A stretch of 64,000 nt of DNA. Origin: a virus (Duplodnaviria > Caudoviricetes). Below the pieces are notes generated by a model, which was not told the DNA's origin, did no database searches, and saw nothing but the letters and a program-made list of their open reading frames with translations. Below are positions 1 through 10,234 of the stretch, piece after piece. Where the stretch lies: IMG/VR virus record IMGVR_UViG_3300047160_036266, positions 224,001-288,000 of that record. The stretch is one strand, 5' to 3'. Every line of letters starts with the position of its first letter. Positions within the stretch are counted from its first letter, which is position 1. The translations under genes and the position numbers were made by a program.

Positions 1-1
1 C

Positions 2-1465
2 TTGGATGTGGCAAAATACCAGATGTCGCAACTCACCGATGCCTCCCAGGGGAAGGTAGCGTTCAAGAAGAATCCTGCTGAAAAGGAGGCCATCCACGAG
101 TCCATCAACAAGAACGTCCTTGATGCCCTGCTCACCGCTGCCAACTACTATTCCGAGGCCCTGTTCGACCACGACCGCAGCCTGGCCTTTTGTAAGATGG
201 CGGTCCAGGTCAACTCGGAGCCGTGGGGGCCGTATTATCAGGCGGGCCTAAACCTGTGCCGCAAGGGTGATTATGCCGCCGCCCTGCCCTTCTTCGACAT
301 CGCCGCCAACAAGAACCCAGAAGACTTCAAAATAAGACTCAACCGGGCTACCGTCCTGGGCGGATTGGGGCGTTTCGAGGATGCGGTGACGGAATACCAC
401 CAGGCTATCGCCCTTCAGCCAGCCAATGCCAGTGGCCATTACTATTTGTCCTGCTGCCTCCTGGCTATGGGGCGCTACGAGGAAAGTTGGTCCGAAGGGG
501 AATGGCGGTTCAAAATGCCCAAGGTGCAGCAGTATACCCGGCTCCTTCCCATCGCCCCGATGTGGGATGGGAAGGCCAAACTAACGGGCAAGCGCATTCT
601 GTTGTTCTGTGAGCAGGGAGCCGGCGACATGATCCAGCATGTGCGCTACGCCAAGGACGTGAAAGCCCTGGGTGCGCACGTCACCGTCGCCTGCCTGGGA
701 AGCCTTATCAGGCTCCTCCAACAGTGCGAAGGCATTGACGACTTCGTACTTTTTGGCTCCGATGATCCCAATGTGCTGGATGGGAAGTATGACTATCTTT
801 GCTCTGTAATGGACCTGCCCCGGTATTTCGGTATCAAAACCGTGGAGAACTATATCCATCCCTCTGGTGAGTCGCCCCATGAAGTTGACGAAACTACGTT
901 CAACATCGGTATTGCCTGGGCTGGAAACGACATACACGCCCATGACTTTACCCGCTCCTGTCACCTGCATCGTTTCGAGTGCCTGCAAATCCCCGGCGTC
1001 AAACTTTACAGTTTGCAGAAGGACAAGCCCATGCGAATTTGGCAGACGGTGGGCCAGGTCAACCTGCGCGACGGCGGCGAGGGCGTGCAACTGGTGGACT
1101 ACGTTCCTGAATTCAAGGACTTTGATGACACGGCGGCGTTCATGAAGAAATTGGACATGGTAATTACGGTGGACACTGCCGTGGGACATCTCGCCGCTTG
1201 TATGGGTATTCCGACCTGGCTGGCCCTGGGCTTCTATCCCGATCCCCGGTGGCTAAAAGAAAAGACGGATACCAAGTGGTATCCGTCTATGCGGTTGTTC
1301 CGTTCGCCCAATTATACGCCCGATTGGGAAGCGGTTTTCAATAGTATCAGGTGCAACTTAGTTGTCTATCTGCACCGACAGCGAGCCGATGGCGAACTGG
1401 AAGGTATCGCCGTTGCTAACGACCTTGGCGCTGGTCAGGTTGCCCCAGAACAGGGCGTTGCCTGA
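2..1465 (+). CDS. TPR-repeat protein with C-terminal GT9-like glycosyltransferase domain (probably 5'-truncated)
   Basis: TPR helices at the N-terminus; EQGAGDMIQ and VITVDTAVGHLAACMGIPTW motifs typical of TPR-GT9 fusions. Confidence 0.8.
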   Translation: MDVAKYQMSQLTDASQGKVAFKKNPAEKEAIHESINKNVLDALLTAANYYSEALFDHDRSLAFCKMAVQVNSEPWGPYYQAGLNLCRKGDYAAALPFFDIAANKNPEDFKIRLNRATVLGGLGRFEDAVTEYHQAIALQPANASGHYYLSCCLLAMGRYEESWSEGEWRFKMPKVQQYTRLLPIAPMWDGKAKLTGKRILLFCEQGAGDMIQHVRYAKDVKALGAHVTVACLGSLIRLLQQCEGIDDFVLFGSDDPNVLDGKYDYLCSVMDLPRYFGIKTVENYIHPSGESPHEVDETTFNIGIAWAGNDIHAHDFTRSCHLHRFECLQIPGVKLYSLQKDKPMRIWQTVGQVNLRDGGEGVQLVDYVPEFKDFDDTAAFMKKLDMVITVDTAVGHLAACMGIPTWLALGFYPDPRWLKEKTDTKWYPSMRLFRSPNYTPDWEAVFNSIRCNLVVYLHRQRADGELEGIAVANDLGAGQVAPEQGVA

Positions 1466-1810
1466 AGCCGTTGTTGCCGAGTCGCAGATGACCACCGCCT
1501 GGACCGTGCCCCAATCCGCCGTTGCCGTGGGGAAGGTGATGGCGGCGACGTTGCTGGTCGTGCCGTTGGTGCCAGAACTCGCGCCTGACGTGGTGCCGTT
1601 GGTGGAATACCAGTTGGCCGTCGTGGCGACAACTGCCTGCCGTGCATACGCTCCACCCGTGATTTCGCTCATGGTTGTACCCGTGGCTGTATCGCCAAGC
1701 GCCGCCGACGACGATAGGGCGACATACAGGGTGGTCGAAACCGGGTAGGCCAAACCACGGAACAAGTGGTCAATCATCTTGTTTTCCAAATAGTCACTCA
1801 TGTTTGCCAT
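1358..1810 (-). CDS. small virion/tail-fibre-associated protein
   Basis: MANMSDYLENKMIDHLFRG..LYVAL..GGAYARQAV..ITFPTATADWGT; start moved to the ATG at 1810 behind a GAGGAG SD; paralogue of 2242 and 47499. Confidence 0.7.
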   Translation of the reverse strand: MANMSDYLENKMIDHLFRGLAYPVSTTLYVALSSSAALGDTATGTTMSEITGGAYARQAVVATTANWYSTNGTTSGASSGTNGTTSNVAAITFPTATADWGTVQAVVICDSATTASGNALFWGNLTSAKVVSNGDTFQFAIGSLSVQIDN

Positions 1811-1901
1811 AACAAGTCTCCTCAAAAAAGGGTGATAGAGGTAGTTATCCCGGTGGCTCCATTTTTCGCAGAGAAATATATGGACATTGCTACATAAGTG
1901 T

Positions 1902-2237
1902 ATGGACAAATCACATACAACCAAGGACATCGTGGTGCGCCTGAAGCCGGCGCTGCACGCTAAGCTCCGTGCCAAGTGCGAGGCCAATTACAAAACCATT
2001 TCGGAAGTGGTCCGGGATTTTATCGTGCATTTCGTTAAGGACCAGGGAACTGTGCATTCGGCCACTGCTGCCGTTCAGACGAAGTTCTCGTGCGCTTCTG
2101 AAGGAAACAGGGTGGTAGATGCTGCTGGAACGCTGGTGCCTCATCAGGGAGGTAGCATTAAGGCAGACCCGGTGGAAAAGAGGATCGTCGGGGCATCGGC
2201 AGTATTAAGGCCAATTCGGCGTCAAGGGAATATATAA
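1902..2237 (+). CDS. ribbon-helix-helix (CopG-like) DNA-binding protein
   Basis: IVVRLKPALHAKLRAKCEANYKTISEVVRDFI fits the RHH pattern; TACATA lies 5 nt before the ATG at 1902. Confidence 0.6.
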   Translation: MDKSHTTKDIVVRLKPALHAKLRAKCEANYKTISEVVRDFIVHFVKDQGTVHSATAAVQTKFSCASEGNRVVDAAGTLVPHQGGSIKADPVEKRIVGASAVLRPIRRQGNI

Positions 2238-2241
2238 CTAC

Positions 2242-2673
2242 ATGAGCGGCAAGGGTTCTGGCTTCAGCAGCGATTTGTTGAAACTTATTTTCAACGGCAC
2301 TCCGATCAGCGGCATTGCCGAAAATGCGTCTACGCCGCTGACGGTTTATTATGTGAGCTTGCACACTGCCTCGCCGGGTGTTTACGGCAATCAGTCCACA
2401 TCGGAGGCAACTTATCCGGGCTATGGTCGGGTGCCGGTGCCACGGGATGCGACTCACTGGACGGTCAGTGGTGATGTTGTGTCGCCTGTCAATCCCATTC
2501 AGTTCCCGGCGGCGACGGGCGGGTATGAAACAGAGACTTTCTTTGCGGTGGGGACGGACCCGTTCCCGGTTGCCGGCAGGCTTTTATATTTCGGTCCTAT
2601 CAATCCCAATCTGGGCGTAAGCGAGGGCGTCACGCCTCAACTGCGAAATGTTTCAACGATTACTGAGTGCTAG
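2242..2673 (+). CDS. small virion/tail-fibre-associated protein (paralogue)
   Basis: LLKLIFNG..YYVSLHTASPG..EATYPGYGRVPV..IQFPAATGG. Confidence 0.7.
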   Translation: MSGKGSGFSSDLLKLIFNGTPISGIAENASTPLTVYYVSLHTASPGVYGNQSTSEATYPGYGRVPVPRDATHWTVSGDVVSPVNPIQFPAATGGYETETFFAVGTDPFPVAGRLLYFGPINPNLGVSEGVTPQLRNVSTITEC

Positions 2674-3796
2674 GTTTTAGTTGCTGGAAAAGGTCTTCGA
2701 TACGCACATTCTCCAGCCCCGGCCAGATGTCGGTGTTCAGGAATATTCCGTCTGTGGCATCGCTGCCGATCATGCGATAGGTGCCTTTCCAGCGGGTCTG
2801 GATACATTTGGTGGGGATGCCGACCAGAAGAGTGTAGGTCTTGAGCCAGGTATCCGTGGAAACGGCTTCGGTGGCCCCGTTGATAAGGGCCAGCATGTCC
2901 TTGAGGGTGTGCGTAGTGCGCCGTCCCGTGTGGTCGATAACCCCTTCGGCGGTCAACCAGCGACAACTGGAGTTGTTGGGAATCTTGTAGGCTTCGTAAT
3001 CGAAGGGCGAGCCGGTGACGAGGACGAGATAGCCTTTGGCGAGGTAAAGATTGACCAGTTCGTTATATTCACTCTGGGTCAGGAACCGTTGCCGGTTAAA
3101 GTCATGTCGGCTCGATCCAGTGGGACCGATGACGACAGTGGGGCGGTTAAAGTTGCTCCTCCCGATAGTGTCGGCCCATGTTACCTGGGTGACGAGTCTG
3201 GCCTTGTACTTGTAAGGATTGACAATCCAATCGCCGTAGTCAAGGCCATCCGCCAGGTGCGCTGATACCTGCATATTTTTGAATGCTCGCATCATGTTAT
3301 AGACGTAGCTGCCGGCTTTCTGACCCATGATGTTATGGTGCAGGAAGGCTTTGACATTGAAAAGATCAAACCACTGTTTGGTGAAGTGCGGTTCGTTATG
3401 GAAGAATACCACTTTGGCGTTGGGGTTGTTATAGCACGCCGCCAGCACCAGGAGGGCATCGCCAACGCCACCGAACCCTAGATACCAGTCGCCGTCCTTG
3501 CCCAACCAGTCATGCACCTGGCGCTCGATATGGCCGGCGGCTATCTCTTCGAGTTTTTGCGCAGCTACGAACGGGGATTGGGCCAGGTCCGGTCTGGCGG
3601 AATACCGCTTCTGCCGGCCATTTCTAATCTCATGGACCGGCGCAGGTGGGAGTTGAGCCGGAGCGATGATCTTGTTCAGTTCGTAAACAGGCATACCGCT
3701 GCGAGATGGTTTTTTCGATAATGCTTCCCGTAATCGTTCCTGGTGGATGTCCCTTCTCGCCGTGCCCTTTACTACTTTTTTGTTCCGAGGGTCCAT
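2660..3796 (-). CDS. GT-B (GT9-like) glycosyltransferase
   Basis: GGVGDALL, VVIGPTGS and AVSTDTWLKTYTLLVGIPT motifs. Confidence 0.55.
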   Translation of the reverse strand: MDPRNKKVVKGTARRDIHQERLREALSKKPSRSGMPVYELNKIIAPAQLPPAPVHEIRNGRQKRYSARPDLAQSPFVAAQKLEEIAAGHIERQVHDWLGKDGDWYLGFGGVGDALLVLAACYNNPNAKVVFFHNEPHFTKQWFDLFNVKAFLHHNIMGQKAGSYVYNMMRAFKNMQVSAHLADGLDYGDWIVNPYKYKARLVTQVTWADTIGRSNFNRPTVVIGPTGSSRHDFNRQRFLTQSEYNELVNLYLAKGYLVLVTGSPFDYEAYKIPNNSSCRWLTAEGVIDHTGRRTTHTLKDMLALINGATEAVSTDTWLKTYTLLVGIPTKCIQTRWKGTYRMIGSDATDGIFLNTDIWPGLENVRIEDLFQQLKPSTQ

Positions 3797-3797
3797 A

Positions 3798-4208
3798 TTA
3801 TTTAGCATTTCCTAATGGCGATGAGGCGCTTTGGTCCGGCGGACCTCCAGGTGTTACGCCCTGGTCAGGCATATCGCCTTCTCCCTCCGGCAGCGGCAGG
3901 AACTTGATCCTTTGGAAAATCATATTCAAGTCCTTGCGTAATTGGGCCTTGCTACTGTAACCCATACCTTCCAGCGTTTGTAATATGCGGGTAGCATTCT
4001 GAGATAGTTGCCCGCTGGCAGTTGGTTGTGCTTCGTCCGGGTGTCCAAGAGCCTGCTGCTTTTTCATCATGGCCCTCATCTTGGGGTCATCAATGGCAGA
4101 CAGACGGCTCTGGGTTCCTGTCGCGTGAAGGACACCGCCGGGTTGGCCAACCTGGGGTTGTTCTTCATTCAACTTTGTTTCACGCATCCACTGTGCGAAT
4201 TTCCTCAT
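3798..4208 (-). CDS. hypothetical, putative internal head protein
   Basis: ORF begins MRKFAQWMRETKLNEE (capsid-targeting-like). Confidence 0.65.
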   Translation of the reverse strand: MRKFAQWMRETKLNEEQPQVGQPGGVLHATGTQSRLSAIDDPKMRAMMKKQQALGHPDEAQPTASGQLSQNATRILQTLEGMGYSSKAQLRKDLNMIFQRIKFLPLPEGEGDMPDQGVTPGGPPDQSASSPLGNAK

Positions 4209-5087
4209 TTATGCCTCCAAATTTGCTGGCGGTTCCATTGTTTGTTCTGGCGGTCGTGGCTGACCACGCATCTTATCCAGGTAGCCAGCGACCTTATTTA
4301 CGTTGGTCGTCTTGCCGCCACCCGATGCCTGTTCCGCCGGAAATACGGCCTTCAGCACAGCGGCCAGCATGTCCAGGGCGAACTCTTTGACCTGCGGCGT
4401 GTCCTCGCGCCAGTCATCTATATGGTAGTCTTGAGCGTATTTGTTCTTGAGAGTAATAACCGTGTTCCGCAGGTTGCTCAGCATGTGCGGGGGAAGGGGA
4501 ATGCGGTTCTTGCCGACGATCTTTTTGAGTTGATTCCAGTCGCCTGAACCCTCGTCCTCCTGGTTCATTGCTCGGCCCAATAGCCGGGTGTCCGTGGTCC
4601 GGGCGCTGCCACTGATGTCGGAGTCGGGTAGAATGAGCTTGAGAATGGTGCCCATCATTTGGATGGCGAATTTCTTGGCTGTACCGGCAGGTATATCAAC
4701 CTTGAAGTTGGCCCGGCCTTTGTTTTTGGATACCAGATTGGCAAACTGGTCCTTCGTCTTTTCAACTTCCCCGGCCATCGCGTGTTCGTAGTCGGTGGTA
4801 AGTTCGCCTCTGAGTCGATTTGCTTTGGGTTGAAGGGCCGTAACCATCCCCGTCTTCGGCGCGATACGCACCCGATCAAAAAGGTACTTCAGACGCGAGA
4901 AGTCTGAATTGGTTTCTTCGTCTTCCGGGGCTTCCGGTCGGGGCGGTCTTGGCGCACGCTCAGGCTTGGGTGGAGGAGTGGCTGGCTGCGCCTTGGGGGC
5001 GTCCATTGGATCGCCCGGCGGCATCATGGGGCTGGGAGGCGGGGCTTGTTCGTACAGTTTTCTGCGCCATTGGTTGAGCGTTATCAT
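4209..5087 (-). CDS. hypothetical, putative internal head protein with a duplicated internal module
   Basis: MITLNQWRRKLYE start; FAIQMMGTILKLILP / FALDMLAAVLKAVFP repeat. Confidence 0.65.
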   Translation of the reverse strand: MITLNQWRRKLYEQAPPPSPMMPPGDPMDAPKAQPATPPPKPERAPRPPRPEAPEDEETNSDFSRLKYLFDRVRIAPKTGMVTALQPKANRLRGELTTDYEHAMAGEVEKTKDQFANLVSKNKGRANFKVDIPAGTAKKFAIQMMGTILKLILPDSDISGSARTTDTRLLGRAMNQEDEGSGDWNQLKKIVGKNRIPLPPHMLSNLRNTVITLKNKYAQDYHIDDWREDTPQVKEFALDMLAAVLKAVFPAEQASGGGKTTNVNKVAGYLDKMRGQPRPPEQTMEPPANLEA

Positions 5088-5440
5088 AGTTCGTCACGGT
5101 CCTCCGGCGGTTCTGGCGTACTGCCGCCCCCAAAGGGGTCTTCCTCCGAAGTATGGATGAGCTTGCCACGCTTCTTCGGGTCCGGCACAGCGTCCGCCTG
5201 CTGTACTTTTTCAAGAACGTGCCGCACCTTGCTGTGCCATCCCGATATAACGGTCATAGGCACGCCCAATAGTTCAGACATGCCGGCTCCGTTGTTGATA
5301 ACGAGTAGGAAATCGTCCCAGAAATCCTCCCGCACGTTGATGCCGGTACGGATCGCATCCATCGCCTTCGACTCAGAGGCTTTGTTTTCTTCCTCACGGA
5401 AGTTGTGCATATTTTCCAGAAGCCTCTGGAACGAAGTCAT
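5084..5440 (-). CDS. hypothetical protein
   Basis: MTSFQRLLEN start; 4-nt overlap with the next gene. Confidence 0.65.
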   Translation of the reverse strand: MTSFQRLLENMHNFREEENKASESKAMDAIRTGINVREDFWDDFLLVINNGAGMSELLGVPMTVISGWHSKVRHVLEKVQQADAVPDPKKRGKLIHTSEEDPFGGGSTPEPPEDRDEL

Positions 5441-5449
5441 GGCCCCTCC

Positions 5450-5866
5450 TTACTGCACGGAAACCAGGATCAGCGTGTCCCGCACCGGGTCAGGTGGATT
5501 GGACACATACAGGTTCTTCAAGTAAACCCCCTGATGGCCGAAGGCCACAATGGTATCACCGTGGCGGTAGTAACCGTCCTTCAAGCTGGTGCCAGGTATG
5601 TTTACCTGGGTGCCGTTGGCATTGGTGACAGTACCTTCGCCTGCGTGCGGTTCGAGCCTGGAAAAGCTTTGACCAGGCATAGCGCCCGGAAGCCAGATGG
5701 TTCGGTGGAACTTCTGGTCATCGACTTCCACATAGGTGCCGCCCGAATTACCAATAGGCGTTTGCAGACGGTTGTTCGGATGATCCCACGAGGAATACTG
5801 TTGAGTCTCCAAGTTGACCGTAAAGGTATAAACGGGACCGGGTTGGCTGTTATTTATCTGTGCCAT
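5450..5866 (-). CDS. hypothetical virion structural protein
   Basis: GGAGG SD; beta-rich composition; weak similarity to 56869-57486. Confidence 0.6.
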   Translation of the reverse strand: MAQINNSQPGPVYTFTVNLETQQYSSWDHPNNRLQTPIGNSGGTYVEVDDQKFHRTIWLPGAMPGQSFSRLEPHAGEGTVTNANGTQVNIPGTSLKDGYYRHGDTIVAFGHQGVYLKNLYVSNPPDPVRDTLILVSVQ

Positions 5867-5889
5867 ATATCTCCTCCATTACACCGTAT

Positions 5890-6141
5890 TTAGGGTACTA
5901 CCTTCCTTTTCTTGTCTGGTTCGGGCATTTCTTCCTCGTCTTCTTCCTCATCGCCTTCTTCCTCATCGCCCTTGACTCCGAGGAACAGTTCGTCAGGATT
6001 GAACGTACTAGGCCCATTGGGTGCTTCCCGTGCGTGGTACTTGCTATTGACGCCCTTGATGCCGAACGCGATGTTGGCGTTATTGGGGTCGTCAATTACC
6101 GGCCCCACCATCTCCTGCAACCACTGGCGGAAGGTTTTCAT
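5890..6141 (-). CDS. small acidic putative internal head protein
   Basis: MKTFRQWLQE start; TATATA 4 nt upstream. Confidence 0.65.
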   Translation of the reverse strand: MKTFRQWLQEMVGPVIDDPNNANIAFGIKGVNSKYHAREAPNGPSTFNPDELFLGVKGDEEEGDEEEDEEEMPEPDKKRKVVP

Positions 6142-6185
6142 GTCATATATAAGCAGCATTGGGGCAATTGTCGCTATATACCTGC

Positions 6186-7559
6186 ATGTTCCGCATGAAC
6201 TTCAGGGACTTTCTGCATGAGGCCGAGATCGTGGGTGGACAGTTGATGGGCAGCGAACAGGCTGCGCTGCGCATCGTCATGCCCTTCAGAAATAGCAACT
6301 GGCACATGCTGACCCTGCTCGATGGCCCACACCATCCGATCCATAGCCCGAAACAAGGCTCTATTATCGACTGCATGACCGTGGAGGAATTCCTGACCAA
6401 CGGCCTAGCCGGCTGGGCGGACGACGACACGCCACGACCTCGCCACCTTGCGGTTCTCCAGGTCATTGATAAGAACGCTGCGATCCGCTGTTTGGACGGC
6501 ACCCACATGACCAATCCCTGGCAATGGTTAAACTTCGACGCCAACTTTATGCGTCAAGCAGCAATGCGTGGCTTAAAAGACATGAAGCCGGTTATGTATC
6601 AGGGCAAGGAAATCAGTCCGGGTGGTGCCCCGAATTGGGAGAAGATAGCGCATCAGATGTTTCACGGCCCTGACCCGTTCGCCAAACCGGGGGCGAAGCA
6701 GCCTGACCTAACGGATCAGGAACGGGATGAGATGTGGCGAGCCAAGCTCGCCAAGACCATCTATGGCGATCTGCCCGACGTGTATGCCAAAGGAACCCGG
6801 CGGGACACGATGTACAACGACAAATATTATCAGCGGTACGGCAAGGTCATGCGGGGTGCCGACATCGACATCGTGGCTGAACATTGCCCGCTGAGCAAGG
6901 GTGGTTTTATCAAGGTCTTCAACCCCAGGGTTGTGCGCGAGGTCGCGCGTTTTCAAATTCGTTCTAACTTTGACGGCTATCGCAGCATGGGTGGTGACTT
7001 TTTGGCGACCAGGCCGGCATCGGAGAAGGAAGCCGAAGGAGTACAAGATAAACTCAACGACATCTTCCAAGATATTGCAGATGCACCGGAGGAAATGAGC
7101 AAGCGCATCGGCTATGTTATGGACAGCGAAGAGATGATGCGTTACATGGGGGGCGAGGAAGTTGAGGGTATCGGCTCGTTTGTGTTCCATGTGCTAGACG
7201 AAATCCACACCATCACCCGGACGGAGGGTATGGAGAAGATGATCCGTGGCTTGTACAAGGCATCCCGGCTCATGGGCATGATGCGCACACGCAGCGGCCA
7301 AGACTTCTCCGATGCCTGGGACGGAGTAGTTCGGTACAATCTTGAGTTCTACAAGAATATCCTGGTCGGCCTCCGGTCGATGAGCAAGCTCATCAAGGAT
7401 CAGTACGCTTACAAGGAAGGTGACAAGTATTACCGTGATGAGGCTGCTAAGCTCGACAAATGGTTTGCTGGGCTGACGCGATCCCTCATGGCCTTTGCGG
7501 ATGTGACGGGCCAATCGACGGAGCTACTGCGGCACCAACTTGGCCTGTTCACTGCTTAA
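6186..7559 (+). CDS. hypothetical, putative internal head protein
   Basis: MFRMNFRDFLHEAE start; TATATA 5 nt upstream. Confidence 0.7.
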   Translation: MFRMNFRDFLHEAEIVGGQLMGSEQAALRIVMPFRNSNWHMLTLLDGPHHPIHSPKQGSIIDCMTVEEFLTNGLAGWADDDTPRPRHLAVLQVIDKNAAIRCLDGTHMTNPWQWLNFDANFMRQAAMRGLKDMKPVMYQGKEISPGGAPNWEKIAHQMFHGPDPFAKPGAKQPDLTDQERDEMWRAKLAKTIYGDLPDVYAKGTRRDTMYNDKYYQRYGKVMRGADIDIVAEHCPLSKGGFIKVFNPRVVREVARFQIRSNFDGYRSMGGDFLATRPASEKEAEGVQDKLNDIFQDIADAPEEMSKRIGYVMDSEEMMRYMGGEEVEGIGSFVFHVLDEIHTITRTEGMEKMIRGLYKASRLMGMMRTRSGQDFSDAWDGVVRYNLEFYKNILVGLRSMSKLIKDQYAYKEGDKYYRDEAAKLDKWFAGLTRSLMAFADVTGQSTELLRHQLGLFTA

Positions 7560-8371
7560 AAGTTCTTCCAGATGCACTCGGTCTTGATCTTCTTGACCTT
7601 GGCCTGGGAGGAGTGGTTGGGTATCTTCTTTTTCACGCACTTCCAGCCTTTGTACAGCCGGTAATAGAGGGTTGAGTAATAGCCGCTTATCATGGCCTTG
7701 CCCTGGAAACGATTGAGGGCACGGGCTAACTCGATGTGGTCGGCCTCCGTCATTTCCAACTCGTAGGAGTCGGGACTAACGCGCGTTTCATGGAGGTAGG
7801 TCGGGTCGCAGTAGATGAGCGTATTGGGGTGGTTCCACTTGTCGATCACTTCCAGGGCCGGGCGGCTGAGGATATAAACGGACTTGATGCGTTCTGCAAC
7901 CAGGGGCAGGACATCGTTCAGGGCCGTCTCCCAGGCATTCAGGTCGCCCGGCTGTCCGCCACGAAGACGTTCGGACCAGGCGAACGCCTTCATCAGTCCG
8001 TCACGGGACATCCGCCGCAGGATGAAGGAATTGATCGCCTGATGGAAGAAGGTTATTTGCCGTTCGTCCTTGCACTCCAAAGCGCCACGAAAGACCTCTT
8101 TGCAGTATTTGATCTTCTTGAGGTAGTCGATGAACTCCTGGGTGTTGTCCCGGAGCATCTTGAAGATCAACGTCACGCCTTCGTCCAGGTCGTTGATCGT
8201 TTCCTCGAACTCCAGTGAGGAGGGAGGTTTTTTGTTGAGCAGGACGCTGGCCGCACCGCAATACGGCTCCAGGTAGTTCATCTCGGTATAATTCGGCGGA
8301 AAGTTGGCAATGATCCACGGGGCCAGGTAATACTTGCCGCCATGAATCTTGAAGGGGGGCCGAATGCGCAT
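7556..8371 (-). CDS. dam: DNA adenine methyltransferase (Dam/D12 class)
   Basis: GGKYYLA, YLEPYCGAASV, INDLD and IYCDPTY motifs. Confidence 0.9.
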   Translation of the reverse strand: MRIRPPFKIHGGKYYLAPWIIANFPPNYTEMNYLEPYCGAASVLLNKKPPSSLEFEETINDLDEGVTLIFKMLRDNTQEFIDYLKKIKYCKEVFRGALECKDERQITFFHQAINSFILRRMSRDGLMKAFAWSERLRGGQPGDLNAWETALNDVLPLVAERIKSVYILSRPALEVIDKWNHPNTLIYCDPTYLHETRVSPDSYELEMTEADHIELARALNRFQGKAMISGYYSTLYYRLYKGWKCVKKKIPNHSSQAKVKKIKTECIWKNF

Positions 8372-8373
8372 GG

Positions 8374-8574
8374 TTACTCTTTCTTGCCTTGGTGAATCAG
8401 TCGCTTGCAGAACACACAGATTATATCATACGGGCCGTAGCCTTTCGAGGCCCCTGGCCAGAACCAGCCGAGGTCCGGGTGATCTTCGTCATGGCATTTT
8501 TCGCACATCGCTGCCATTTTCTGTTCGTCCTCCGGCAAACTTTGGTCAACGAACCAGTAGCTATTTTCTGACAT
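8374..8574 (-). CDS. small zinc-finger-like protein
   Basis: CEKC and CVFC pairs; GGAGG SD. Confidence 0.55.
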   Translation of the reverse strand: MSENSYWFVDQSLPEDEQKMAAMCEKCHDEDHPDLGWFWPGASKGYGPYDIICVFCKRLIHQGKKE

Positions 8575-8600
8575 ATTTACCTCCTGCCCCTAAATAACGT

Positions 8601-8903
8601 ATGCTGCAAACCCTAAGAAAGATGGCCTGTTCCGTCTACGAACCCCTCACCCAAGCTAACCTGCTCTCCCTGGTGGGTCCGACCAGTGGTGCCTACGCCA
8701 TGCTCTCGCCCCTGCCTCTGGATCGTTGGAAGATCATCAGTTTTGATTCGGCCAATGCTCTCGTGTGCATCCAGATGGACGCCCCATCCGGCAGCAGGAT
8801 AATCAACGTGAAGGTGGACATCAGCGCAATGGAAACCCCACCCCAAACCCAACCGAGACAATTTAACGACGTTCATCCCACCGGGCAATACACGCCGCAC
8901 TAG
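8601..8903 (+). CDS. hypothetical protein
   Basis: ORF with TAAATA 4 nt upstream. Confidence 0.55.
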   Translation: MLQTLRKMACSVYEPLTQANLLSLVGPTSGAYAMLSPLPLDRWKIISFDSANALVCIQMDAPSGSRIINVKVDISAMETPPQTQPRQFNDVHPTGQYTPH

Positions 8904-10156
8904 CTCTTGAAATAGTTGCGGTTCCCCAAGCATTCATTGGCTTCGCTGATGCGCTTGAGGGCCAGTGCGTAGCACGCCGTCCGCACCGGGATGTGATACT
9001 GGAACCGCCGCACCATCGTCCGCTCGGTGGCATACTGCATCATCTTTTTCAGCCGGCTGTTTACGTCGTCCAGGGTCTTTAGCTCGGCGGTGCGGTTCTG
9101 CAACCACTCAAAATAGGAGACGACTACGCCACCGGCATTCGCCAATATATCAGGAATCACCACGATATTTTTTTCGTTCAAAATGGCGTCGGCCTCGTTG
9201 GTGGTCGGCCCGTTCGCCAATTCAAATACCATCCTGGCCCGGACTTGATCGGCATTCTCAGCGGTCAAGACGTTCTCGATAGCCGCCGGGGCCAATATGT
9301 CAACGTCCAACAGGAGCAATTCCTTGTTGGTGATCTTACTGCCCTGGCCGTCCAATTCCCCTGACTCCAGGTGCTTGCGCAGGGCGACGGGATTGAGGCC
9401 GTTCTCGTTGTAGACCCCGCCGTTCTCATTGCTTATCGCCACCACTTTCAGGCCATTCTTGTAGCACTTCTCGGCAAACCAGTATCCGACCTTGCCGAAC
9501 CCCTGGATCGCAATGCGGATCGACTCCTTCACCGGCAGGTTCACCTTGTCCAGATAGTGGTCCATCAGTGCTTCCAGCACATAATAGCCACCGTAGCCCG
9601 TGGCCGAGTTTCTTCCTTCGATACCGCCCAGCGCCACAGGCTTGCCCGTCACTACGTCCAGAGGATGTCCGCCCTTGATCTTGCGGTACTCGCTGTACAT
9701 CCAGCCCATCACCCGCTCGTCGGTCCCCATGTCCGGGGCCGGAATGTCGATATTCGGCCCAATAAAGTCGGCCACGGCAGCAATATAAGCCTTGCTCAAC
9801 CGCTCCAGTTCACGATGGGACAGTTTCTTGGGGTCCACGCTGATCCCGCCCTTGGAACCGCCGAAGGGAATGTTCAGGGCCGCACATTTGAACGTCATCC
9901 AGAATGCCAGCGCCTCGCAATGATCCCGGTCCACCGCCGGGTGATAACGCACCCCACCCTTGGCCGGACCACGGGTAGTATCATATTGACAGCGGTATGC
10001 CTTGTAGAGCTTGAGAGTTCCGTCGTCGTGACGCATGGGGATGGAACAGTACAATGTTTTTTGTGGATATTGCAGGCGCTCCCAGCTTTCCGGGTCGATG
10101 TCTGCATATTTGGCAGCGGCGTCAAGCTGCTTCTTCGCGTCTTCGAGCATAGACAT
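8900..10156 (-). CDS. gdhA: glutamate dehydrogenase (Glu/Leu/Phe/Val dehydrogenase family)
   Basis: GPAKGGVRYHP, GGSKGG, DIPAPD, VTGKP, QGFGKVG, ELANGP and ANAGGVVVSYFEW motifs. Confidence 0.95.
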   Translation of the reverse strand: MSMLEDAKKQLDAAAKYADIDPESWERLQYPQKTLYCSIPMRHDDGTLKLYKAYRCQYDTTRGPAKGGVRYHPAVDRDHCEALAFWMTFKCAALNIPFGGSKGGISVDPKKLSHRELERLSKAYIAAVADFIGPNIDIPAPDMGTDERVMGWMYSEYRKIKGGHPLDVVTGKPVALGGIEGRNSATGYGGYYVLEALMDHYLDKVNLPVKESIRIAIQGFGKVGYWFAEKCYKNGLKVVAISNENGGVYNENGLNPVALRKHLESGELDGQGSKITNKELLLLDVDILAPAAIENVLTAENADQVRARMVFELANGPTTNEADAILNEKNIVVIPDILANAGGVVVSYFEWLQNRTAELKTLDDVNSRLKKMMQYATERTMVRRFQYHIPVRTACYALALKRISEANECLGNRNYFKS

Positions 10157-10234
10157 GGGGCCTCCTTGTATATATCACGAAACCGAGGCAGTTTTATTTA
10201 TTCCAAATCGTCTTCATGGCACCTACATACAAAC

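Noticed and set aside
9371-10234. 557-aa version of the serine protease
   Set aside because: The N-terminal part is antisense to gdh; the real start at 10235 has a TACATA box and a signal peptide.
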